Assembly (NCBI GenBank): GCA_030390025.1
Contig: CM059433.1
Coordinates: forward strand, 23,376,001 to 23,440,000
Direction of reading: 5' to 3'
Source of the DNA: Squalus acanthias
Lineage: Eukaryota
DNA: 64,000 bases
Shown: positions 39,008-49,719 of the stretch, piece after piece
Position numbering within the stretch: the stretch's first letter is position 1
Layout: the number at the start of each line of letters is the position of its first letter
Made by a program: the position numbers and the translations under genes
Notes under the pieces: model-generated
Told to the model about the DNA's origin: nothing
Seen by the model: the letters and a program-made list of their open reading frames with translations, nothing else
Database searches by the model: none

Positions 39008-40679
39008 TCATTTAATCTCTGGCCCTTCCCTATTCTTATGCTCCTTCTCAACTTTTCGGGCAGCTGTTGCTTTCTCCTGCAGCCTCCGGCTCTTTTTCAC
39101 CTCCTGTTTGAACCTTCCCTGCTGTTTCAGCCTCTTCCTTGCATTAGGTTTGGCCGAGGAGCTGCCCCTTCTCCCTCCTTCTGCCCTCACTAGCTTTTCC
39201 CTTTCCACACGATGCCACCCCACCCCCCACTTCCATGTCTCTGTCCCCCTCTGATTCCTCATTCTTGAGCTCTTCTGTAACCTCCTGTTCCTGCTCCCCG
39301 TCAGATACATCATCTCCCATAGAGAGTCTTCCTGCTATCGCGGTTTCTTCAACAGTGCCGCTCCCTTCGGCCTCATCTCCACCGCTGACCCTTGCTCCCT
39401 GATCCTTCTCTCTCTGGGACAATGGCACACCAATATTGCTCCCTTCTGGCGTCTTTGTATCGCCGCTCCCGTCCTGCTGCCCCTTTAAGGCTCCCGCCTC
39501 TTGCATCCTCTCCTCATCTTGCCCCCTCCTGCTTACCGAGATGTCCGACTCCCCGTCTTTCTTTGAAGTACTTACATTTACCCCGCACCCTGCTCCCGCC
39601 TCCTCTCCCCCCGCGGACCCCAGATTCTTTCGGGACAGCTGAACCGTATTATGGCTCGACTCTGCCCTCGACCCGTGCTGCCCTCTGCTGTCTTTGTCCT
39701 TTTCCACTGTACTTGGTGCATTTTCCACCATCTCCATCTTGTTCTCTGCTCCGCAATTTTCTGCTTCTTCCTGTGCTCTTTTCTCCTTCCATTCACCAGC
39801 TGCGTCCTCCGCCTGCTCTGCTCCTCCGGCCGTTCCACTCACACCTCCTGCTCCTTCTCCCATCTCCCATCTCCTCGTCACTCATGGAGCTTCCTTCTGC
39901 CTCACCCTCACAGCGGGTGGGGCCTTTGTGACACACCCCACAGTTCTCCGCCTTGCAGCTCCGAGCGATGTGTCCAGACTCGCCGCAATTATAACAGTAC
40001 AAGTTCAACAAGTGCAACAGTTTCTTACAAGATGGTCGTGTCCAAGATAATAATAACAAACCTTCACTTGGTTATCATGCAGTACTCGGAAGTACTACAC
40101 TCCTTCCATTGTCTCAAATTTCATGCTGTACGGCAATGGCTTCACCCCCTCTGGGAACCGCACCTTTACGTAACGGGTTCCATCTGCTACCCGTGTTCCT
40201 GGATAGTATCTCCTCTTTGTTGCCGAGCAAATTTTAATGTCCCACGACTCCAACTTTTTGATTAGCACATCGTCCTCAATATAAACCGGCAAGTTTAAGA
40301 ATGAGATCACCACCTCTTCCGAATATAGCAGAGATGCCTCCAAGAACTTATCACCAACCTTCAAACTCAGTAAAAGTCTTTCCACCTCCTCTCAGCCACT
40401 GACCGTCACCTCGAACCCAACATTCGACTTTGGTCGGCAGGCAAAGCAGTTTCCCTTGCCGCACTTCTCATGTACCGCCTGGGTAATATCTCAAGCTCGT
40501 ATCTCCTTATCCTCACACTGAACCACCACCATGTTTTCTTTTCCAAACCTCCTGGGGTCACGGCCCAAATCTTTGGGCCTTTTTCTCTCCCTTCCCCCAA
40601 AATTTTCTCCCCTGATTAAATTCATCTTGGGAACATTGTCCTCTGAGGCGCCCGGCACTCCCGGCCCCTCAGAAGCCAT
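39008..40679 (-). pseudogene. Tx1 ORF1 (gag-like, zinc knuckles), frameshifted
   Basis: SFLNLPVYIEDD..GTRVADGTRYVKVRFP..LPYS; CYNCGESGHIARSC; charged low-complexity C-terminus. Confidence 0.85.
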
Positions 40680-40823
40680 CTGGCTGCTGTTTATCAGCCA
40701 AAAAGGCCCTAAAACCTAAAAAAAACCACCACCAACTTTTTACAAGCTCACTCCAACTCCCTGCAGTAATCAGGCAACCAGCAGCACCTGCTTGCTCCTA
40801 GCCCCTCCCACCTAGAGAGTGCT

Positions 40824-42506
40824 TGGAGAAGGACAATGTAGGCATAGAAATGAGGCAGCGGGTTTGTGATATACTTGAACAAATTAGTATTGAGAGGGAG
40901 GAGGTACTAGCAGTTTTAGCAGGCTTAAAAGTGGATAAATCCCCAGGCCCAGACGAGATGTATCCCAGGCTGCTGTGTGAGGCAAGGGAGGAGATTGCAG
41001 GGGCTCTGACACAAATTTTCAGAACCTCTCTGGCCACAGGGGAGGTGCCAGAGGACTGGAGAACAGCTAACGTAGTACCATTATTCAAGAAGGGTAGTAG
41101 GGATAAACCAGGGAATTACAGGCCAGTGAGCCTAACATCAGTGGTAGGGAAATTATTGGAAAAAATTCTAAGGAACAGAATTATTCTCCACTTGGAGAGG
41201 CAAGGATTAATCAAGGATAGTTAGCATGGCTTTGTCAGGGGGAGATCATGTCTGACCAATTTGATTGAATTTTTCGAGGGGGTGACTAGGTGTGTGGATG
41301 AGGGTAGTGCAGTTGATGTGGTCTACTTGGACTTCAGTAAGGCTTTTGACAAAGTCTCGCATGGGAGACTGGTCAAGAAGATAAAAGCCCATGGGATCCA
41401 GGGCAACTTGGCACATTGGATCCAAAATTGGCTTAGTGGCAGGAGGCAGAGGGTGATGGTCGAAGTTGTTTTTTGTGACTGGAAGCCTGTGTCCAGTGGT
41501 GTACCGCAGGGATCGGTGCTGGGTCCTTTGCTGTTTGTCGTGTACATTAATGATTTAGATATGAATGTAGGAGGTATGATCAGTAAGTTTGCAGATGACA
41601 CGGAAATTGGTGGAGTGGTAAATAGTGAGGAGGGAAGCCTCAGGCTACAGGATGATATAGACGGGTTGGTCAGATGGGCAGAACAGTGGCCAATGGAATT
41701 TAATCCTGAAAAGTGTGAGGTGATGCATTTTGGGAGGACTAACAAGACAAGGGAATACACAATGAATGGTAGGACCCTAGGAAGGAGAGAGGATCAGAGG
41801 GACCTTGGCGTGCATGTACATAGATCCCTGAAGGCAGCAGGACAGGTAGATAAGGTGGTTAAAAAGTCATATTGGATACTTGCTTTCATTAGCCGAGGCA
41901 TAGAATATAAGAGCAGGGAGGTTATGATGGAGCTGTATAAAACGCTAGTTAGGCCACAGCTGGAATACTGTGTGCAGTTCTGGTCGCCACACTATAGGAA
42001 GGATGTGATTGCATTGGAGAGGGTGCAGAGGAGATTCACCAGGATGTTACCTGGGCTGCAGCGCTTCAGCTATGAAGAGAGACTGGACAGGCTGGGGTTG
42101 TTTTCCTTAGAGCAGAGAAGGCTGAGGGGGAACCTGATTGAGGTGTACAAAATTATGAGGGGCATAGATAGGGTAGCTAGAAAGGAACTTTTCCCCTTAG
42201 TAGAGGGGTCAATAACCAGGGGGCATAGTTTCAAGGTAAGGAGCAGGAGGTTTAGAGGGGATTTGAGGAAAAACTTTTTCACCCAGAGGGTGGTAGGAAT
42301 CTGGAACTCACTGCCTGAAAGGGTGGTAGAGGCAGGAACCCTCACAACATTCAAGAAGCATTTAGATGAGCACTTGAAACGCCATAGCATACAAGGCTAC
42401 GGACGAAGTGCAGGAAAATGGGATTAAAATAGACAGGGCTTGATGGCCGGCGCAGACACGATGGGCCGAAGGGCCTCTTTCTGTGCTGTATAACTCTATG
42501 ACTCTA
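40824..42506 (+). mobile_element. CR1 LINE C, 5'-truncated
   Basis: RT motifs (YRPVSLT, GVPQGSVLGP, KFADD), (ACTCTATG)n tail, TSD TGCT. Confidence 0.9.
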
Positions 42507-43964
42507 TGCTACCCAGTGAGCCACGGCTGACACATGGAGATTTGATAGAGGTGTTCAAAATCATGAGAGGTTTAGACAGAGTAGATAGAGAGAAACTGTT
42601 CCCATTGGCGGAAGGGTTGAGAACCAAAGAACACAGATTTAAAGTGATTGGCAGAAGAACCAAAGGCGACATGAGGAAAAAACTTTTTTACGCAGTGAGT
42701 GGATAGGATCTGGAAAGCACTGCCTGAAAGGGTGGTGGAGGCAGATTCAATCATGGCTTTCCAAAGGGAATTGGATAAGTACCTGAAGGAAAAAAAATTG
42801 CACGGCTACGGGGAAAGGGTGGGGCAGTGGGATTAGCTGAAGTGCTCTTGCAGAGAGCTGGCATGGACTCAACGGGCCAAATGGCCTCCTTCTGTGCTGT
42901 AACCATTCTATGATTCTATGATTTTGGTGAGACCACACCTGGAGTACTGTGTACAGTTTTGGTCTCCTTACCTAAGGAAGGATATACTTGCCTTAGAGGG
43001 AGTGCAACGAAGGTTCACTAAACTGATTCCTGGGATGGGGGGATTGTCATATGAGGAGAGATTGAGTAGACTCGGGCTATATTCCCTAGAGTTTAGAAGA
43101 ATGAGAGGTGATCTCATTGAAACGTATAAAATTCTTAAGAGGCTCGACAGGGTAGATGCAGGGAGGATGTTTCCCCTGGCTGCAGAGTCTAGAACCAGGG
43201 TTCACAGTCTCAAAATAAGGGGTTGACCATTTAGGACTGAGATGAGGAGAAATTTCTTCACTCAATGGGTTGTGAGTCTTTGGAATTCTCTACCCCAGAG
43301 GGTTGTGGATGCTCAGTCGTTGAGTATATTCGAGGCAGAGATCGATAGATTTTTGGATACTAAGGAAACCAAGAGATATGGTGATAGTGCGGGAAGGCAG
43401 AGTTAAGGTAGCAGATCAGCCATGATCTTATTGAATGGTGGAGCAGACTCGAAGGGCTGAATGGCCTTCTCCTGCTCCTATTTCTTATGTTCTTATGTTC
43501 TTTTGGTAGATGGTGTGTGTATGGAACTTCCAATTTGGACTCACAAAATAATCAAAAGTTAATATTTATATTATTGTGCATTTCAATTTTTTTGCCAGTG
43601 AGATGCTGTTCCTGATCCAGATGCTGAGTATTCTTATTGCACCTGTGGTTAAATTCAATTCAGTTTACCATAGGCAATGTAATGAGCTATTTCTGTGGGT
43701 GTAATAGAAAATTAAATTCCGAAAATTGATGTCACCGCTCCTACTCTTTTCACAACGACTGTTTTCACTTGATGAATGTAACATGTAACAAGCTGCTCCT
43801 ATAACTAAATAAACTACATATGAGAATTCCTTTGGTTAACATACATACAGCGTTATCATACAGCTATTCGTGAAGTTGTTCAGAATTGCTAGTGAAATCA
43901 TTAATGCATTCTTTTTTGAATGTGTTTGATTTTCATAAAAAGACTGAACAAAGCCAATCTTTAC

Positions 43965-44800
43965 AACAATAACAACAACTTGCATTTATATAGCATCTTT
44001 AACATGGTAACACATCCTAAGGTGCTTCACAGGAGCGTTAGCAAAGAAAATTTGACACTGAGCCACATATAAGGAGATATTAGGATAAAAGCTTGGTCAG
44101 AGAGGTAGGTTTTATGGGGTGTTTGCAAGTAGGAGAGAGAGGTAGAGAGGTGGAGAGGTTTAGGGAGGGAATTCCAGAGTTCGGGGCCTAGGCAGCTGAA
44201 GGCACGGCCGCCAATGGTGGAGCGATTAAAATCAGGGATGTGCAAGACCCAGAATTGGAGGAGCGCAGTTATCTCGTAAGGTTAGAGGGCTGGAGGAGGT
44301 TTCAGAGATAGGGAGGGGTGTAGTCATGGAAGGATTTGAAAACAAGGATGAGAATTTTAAAATCGAGGCATTGCTGGACCGGGAGCCAATGGATGTCAGT
44401 GAGCACAAGGGTGATGGGTGAACGGGACTTGGTGCGACTTAGGATACAGACAGCAGAGTTTTGGATGAGCTCAAGTTTATGGAGGGTGCAAGATGGGATA
44501 GTCGAGTCTAAAGGTAACAAAGGCATGGATGAGAGTTTCAGCAGCAGATGAGCTGAGGCAGGGGCAGAGACGGGCAACGTTACAGAGGTGGAAGTAGGCA
44601 GTCTTGGTGATGGAGAGGATATTAGGTTGGAAGTTTCGTTCAGGGTCAAATAAGACACCAAGGTTGAGAATGGTTTGGTTCAGCCTCACACAGTGGCCAG
44701 GGGGAGGGGTGGAGTCAGTGGTTCGGGAATGGAATTTGCGGCAGGAACCGAAGACAATGGCTTCGGTCTTCCCAATTGGAGGAAATTTCTGCTCATCCAT
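43965..44800 (-). mobile_element. L2 LINE 3' fragment
   Basis: KTEAIVFG..NLGVLFD..AYFHL..AETLIHAFVT..DIHWLPV..FKIL; L2 tail. Confidence 0.9.
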
Positions 44801-45302
44801 TTTACAGTGTGTTTGCACATAACATAACAATTGTATTAAAGTGACTACACATCAAAAAAGTACTGAATTGACTGTAAAGCATTTGGGGCATCCTGAGGTC
44901 ATGAAAGGCACTATATAAAATGCAAAACTTTCTTTATAACATCTGGAGAAATGTTTGGTCCCAACATTTTTAAATAACAGGACTGGAAAATGTTTTACAG
45001 CCCTTGGCCAGACCATTAGATGTAATCCCATTCAATGGCAGGAATCTCAATCTTAGGAGAAAGTTAAACCAACATTATCGACCCATCTCATTACAACTAC
45101 ATCTTCTGTCAATGAATTTTGGAGTGATCTTGATAGCAGTTGTGAAGAAATGGACAATGTTGCCTGTCTCACATTCTTAATTGAAGCAAGCAGCTCAAGT
45201 GCAGAAAAACTTGCTGGGTGTCAGCTAATAGTAGATTAATATATTGCCAGCAAAGAAAAGCATAATGGTGTTGCTTTTATACCATGATAAAGGAAATGGA
45301 AA

Positions 45303-46458
45303 TGGCTTGCATTTATATAATGGCCCAGAAATTGATCTCGCTCTGTTCCCGCGGGGGTAAGCCTTCCCCGCGATGTCTCACCTCGCTTGTGCTTTTTCAG
45401 ATCCAGCTCGCACGAACTTGATGTTCCAGACATCAGCTGTGCTGGGCTTGCGTATCCCACCGGCGTAGTGAATTCGTGCGAGCTGTGGGATCACGTGACT
45501 CAGTTAGAGCCAATGGCAGCACACCATCTTCCATTCATAAGTTTCACAGACCTGCTGTGAAATCTATGAATCTTACACCCCCCCAAAATAACAGCTAAAC
45601 CTCAATTAAATTTAAAAAAAAACCCATCACATTAATAAAATAAGTATAGTTAATTAAATTAACCATTTTAAATAAAAAATTAAATTTTTGAAAAAATTTA
45701 AAATCTTTTAAAAAGTTATAAAAATAAACTTACCTGTCTTTAAAGTCTCTAAAAAAGATATACCTGTAAAAAAAAATTAAAAAAATTACTTAATTCACTA
45801 CTTACCTTCTAAAAAGCGGGTCTTACTCCCCTTTTTACATTTCCAAAATCTTCCCTACTTACCTGCGCGTCCAAAGCATGAAGTGCACAGCGTGCGCGCA
45901 GCCTGTAGCGCGCACGCGATGCACCCAGGACCCACCCCCTTTTCAGAAGAGCAATTGCCAGTTTTCAGCGCATGCGCAGGGCATGCAGAAAACCGGCAAT
46001 TGGAGAGAGAATACGCGAGAGTACGCAGTGCGTACTCTCGCGTCCCGGGATCAATTTTCGGCCCAATGCCTTCTGGACTTCCAAAGCACTTTACAGACAA
46101 TGCATTCCTTTTTTTGAAGTGTAGTCACTGTTGTAATGTAGAGAAATGTAGCAGCCAATTTGCGTATAACAAGGTCCCACAAACAGCAATGAGATCATCT
46201 GTTTTAGTGATGTTGGTTGAGGAATAAATATTGGCAAGGATACTGGGAGAACTCCTTGGTGCTTCTAAAAAATAGTGCCATGGGAACTTTTACATCCACC
46301 TGAGAGGGTGATGATGTCTCAGTTTAACATCTCATCTGAAAAATGGCACTTCCAACATGACCACGCTCCCACCTGTATTATATGCACAAGTCTTTGGAGT
46401 AAGGCTTGAAGCCACAACCTTCTAACTCAGGAGCGAGAGTGTTACCAAGGCTGACACA
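45303..46458 (-). mobile_element. SacSINE1/DeuSINE-like SINE split by the MITE at 45322-46064
   Basis: Tail CTTGCATTTATATAAT|GCCTT..; Deu domain and head at 46065-46458. Confidence 0.8.
45322..46064. mobile_element. Harbinger-type MITE family 3, copy 1
   Basis: GGCCCAGAAATTGATC...GATCAATTTTCGGCCC TIR, TSD AAT; inverted homolog at 63071-63826. Confidence 0.85.
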
Positions 46459-47354
46459 TAACAGAATATGTGGCATGGATAGTGACAAACATGGCCATGT
46501 TTAATGAATGTAGACAACAGGAGTGGAACAATAAGCATGCAGCAATCATTTCCTCTCAGAATATATATAAGCATGCTTATAAAAGATAAACTTGTAACCA
46601 TTGTTTAAAAATAGCCAAATTATATGATTGAATAAAATCTTGCATCTAGAGAAAAAACAAAGTTTCTTAACAGTGACTTGACAAACACTGTTGGGATTGG
46701 CAGTTTCCTTAAATGGCAACAATTTACTATAATTGCCTTTTGATTAAATGCACAATCTTGCTATTTCTAGAGTGAACCTTTCAAGCAAAAAGTATTTTGG
46801 ATTTTCAGGTGCTATCAATTTACTAAAAAAGTAAAGCTGCGTTTTAAATGACTAAAAGAAACTGACACAAAATGTTCAATCAGATGTCTCGACTTTCAAA
46901 CTGAAGAGTGCAAACTGAATAGTCGGTGCAATTTAAGCAACTATAAGAAGGCCTCATAATTAGCACCTTAGCACAGCTAACACGCAAACAGTAATTATTC
47001 ACAATCTCAGGATAAATTCTGATGGATAACATTTCTACTTATTTGAAGTTGTGATAACACAGGAACTAAATGTTTTTATTCATCGACTTGTTAGCTTGAC
47101 AGGCAGCTGAATCTTTTTGAAACAACATCCATTGGAGATCCTATTACTGGGGGTGAAGGTTTGTGTGCTGGCTGTATCTATGGATTATCTATCTGTCAAT
47201 AAACTGTGGCAGCAAAAGTATTTCTCAGATTGAATTTCATATTGATGTTAGTATCTATTGTATGTTCAAATTACTCACGGTTATTTGGGTAGCATAATAA
47301 GTTCTCCTTTTCTAACCACTGTAATTATTCACAGAATAAGGACAACAACAACTT

Positions 47355-47952
47355 GGCCGAGAAATTGATTCACACAGGCACAAACTGGGCACAGGGAACG
47401 CTCTCTGCACCGGAATGGGTAGGCCCCAGGCACACCCGATATTGGGCTGTAGGCCTCATTTAGATGAGATGAGTGAGCTGCTGACACCTGTTGGGTATCC
47501 CCAGACAGCTCGCCGGCGAATTGGATTTGAATTTTGGGCTGCTGCATTGCCGGCAGAAGCCCTTGAGAAGGTGCTTGGTAGGGGGCGGTGGGTGCGGGAG
47601 GTGAGGCGAGGCCATCAGGAGATGGCCAAGTGGGGGCCGGCAATGGTTTTCTGCACTTCTCCCAGCTCCACATTCAGCTAACTATTTAAAAAAATCTTTT
47701 TGGTGGCTTCCAATGGTCCCGTTAAGGGCCCCTGGTTCAGCTGCATGTAGACCTGGTTTTCCTGAACATAGACGGCCTGGCACTGACTGCTTTCAGGTGA
47801 GACCAATTTCAGGAAGGGGACCTGAAACAGGCTTTAGGGCTTTTGCATATATAAATAAGCAGGTGCAGGCCCTGGATGCCTCTTTTTCTGCCTTCGCAAT
47901 GTGTCGGGAGGCACACTTCCAGCGCAGAATATTCACGCTCGAACTGTCTGCC
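47355..47952. mobile_element. Harbinger-type MITE-like element (right end uncertain)
   Basis: Starts GGCCGAGAAATTGAT, like the family 3 TIR; GC-rich interior. Confidence 0.5.
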
Positions 47953-47984
47953 ATATCGGATGCTTAGATGCCCATATTTTTTGA

Positions 47985-48660
47985 GAGGAGCAAGGAACAA
48001 TCTAGAGTGGAACTTCTAAACTGGAATAGGGCTAACTTCAATAGGATGCAAAACGATCTAGCCAGAGTAAAATGGAACCAAAGACTGACAGGACAAACTG
48101 TAACGGAACTGTAACGTAACAATGGGTGATCTTTAAGGAGGAGATGTTCCAAGTACAGGCTAGGTACATTCCAACAAGAGGGAAGGGTAAGGGAACCAAA
48201 GCAAGGGCTCCTTGGATGACGAGAGAGATAGAGAAGATGATGAAACAAAAAAGAGGGTGTATGATGAATGTCAGGTGAATTCTTCAAGGGCGAACCAGAC
48301 CAAATACAATAAGTTGAGAGGGGAAGTGAAGCTGAAAATAAGATTGGCAAAGAGAGAATATGAGAGTAGAATGGCGGTTAACATAAATATGCCAAGAAAT
48401 GTCACGTAGGCAATAATTAGAGAAAGAAAATGGATGCCGAGCCAAAGAAGGAGATATTAGGATGGGTGACTAAAAGCTTGTTCAAATAGGTGGTTTTAAA
48501 GATGGTCTTAAAGGAGTAGACCGAGCTGCAGGGGTTTAGGGAGGAAATTCCAGAGCTTGGCTCTCAGGCATCTGAAGGCGGAGCCGCCAATGAACGGAGG
48601 GGAATAGCATAAGAGGCCAGGATCGGAGGAACGGAGAGCTTGTGGAGGGCTGGAGGAGAA
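47985..48660. mobile_element. CR1 ORF2 fragment (+, 47985-48390) followed by an L2 3' fragment (-, ~48400-48660)
   Basis: LNWNRANFNRMQNDLARVKW resembles the CR1 EN-RT linker; downstream sequence matches the L2 3'UTR at 3600-3900. Confidence 0.65.
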
Positions 48661-49719
48661 ATCAACACTGTAGAGTACACTTTTCCAGTAAGTATTCGTC
48701 GGCTAGTTCATTATTAACTTTAAGGTATGTTACGGTTTTTGCAGGGGTTGTTTGGATAACAAAGATGCCTGGAAAAAGCCAATAGTTGGAGCAGTAAATG
48801 TGGAGGCAGGAAACAGAGTCTGCGGCCAATGATGAAGGACGCAATGTTCCGACCCCACATTTAATTGCTGGCAAAGTGAAGGTGGTGCAGAATGATGTGT
48901 CTCTCCTCAAAGGACAGCATTACAGCATATCTGGAAGGAGTTAAAACAAGAGGCCTTGAGCACATAACTGACTATTACTACCACTGCCAATGCAAGCCCT
49001 ATATTGCATATTAGCTGCAGATGTCAGATAATCTCAACAGATGGAAATTCCAGGAGGTCATATTTGGGACATGCAAACCTTCCAGTTAGATTTTCCTTTC
49101 TGTGCTCCAGCTAGAAATATTTAATGCCCAGGCAGTAAAGATGAAAATCTACCCCGATAGCTGTGTGTAAGTTTAATGATTTTCTTGTAATTGTTTAATG
49201 TGTTAGAAATTTTGGGGGAAAAACTCAGTTGGTTAGTGCCTCCAGTCAGCGCCTGGTGAGGGCGCTAATGGGGCGCTGATGCAGTAGCGCCGGGGTGAGG
49301 CGAATCCGGTGACGCACGCCAAATCCGGCCCCCACCCCGAGGTGCCGCCGCTACGAGTTACCGCCGGGGACCTCAGCGCCAGACAGATCATGACGTCAGT
49401 GAGCGTGCAATGCTCACTGGGCATCTGATCTGCAAAATTCATTGTCGCCGCTGTCTTAGCACCTCACTCTGACAGCAACAAGGAGAGGAGGCATCAAGCA
49501 GGCGGATGCTAGCTCCAGGGGTGCTACTTAAAGGGATCATGAGCAATGAGTCGCAGCTGTCATGTTAGTACTGTTTTACTGCTTCCTTGTCAGTTTGACA
49601 TTGTGCAACAGTTTAATTCAGGCATTTAAAGGTTGTTTAGTATCAGGAGTGTTGTGGCTACTGACAATTAGTTACATTTATTCTCACAACATATCAAAGT
49701 GCTACATTTGGTTACATTA

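Larger units (their letters stand above)
33659..40814 (-). mobile_element. Tx1-clade (L1 group) non-LTR retrotransposon, full-length but degenerate
   Basis: ORF1 with CCHC knuckles, APE-RT ORF2, AATAAA plus poly(A) tail, ~15-bp imperfect TSD. Confidence 0.9.
33213..42535 (-). mobile_element. SacSINE1/DeuSINE-like SINE split in its tRNA head (33213-33658 and 42507-42535)
   Basis: TSD GGAGA (33208-33212, 42536-42540); the head GTGTCAGCCGTGGCTCA..GGTAGC resumes at 42533-42507. Confidence 0.9.
32864..42923 (+). mobile_element. CR1 LINE B 3' fragment (pieces 32864-33212 and 42536-42923)
   Basis: EQRDL..LEQRRLR|GDLIEVFK continuity across the insertion; (ATTCTATG)n tail. Confidence 0.85.
30796..43500 (+). 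mobile_element. CR1 LINE A (host of a nested cluster): pieces 30796-31146, 32434-32863, 42924-43500
   Basis: RT reading is continuous across junctions (VGIN|GSFLGWQ; LQLYK|LVRPHLEYC); ends in (TTCTTATG)n. Confidence 0.9.
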
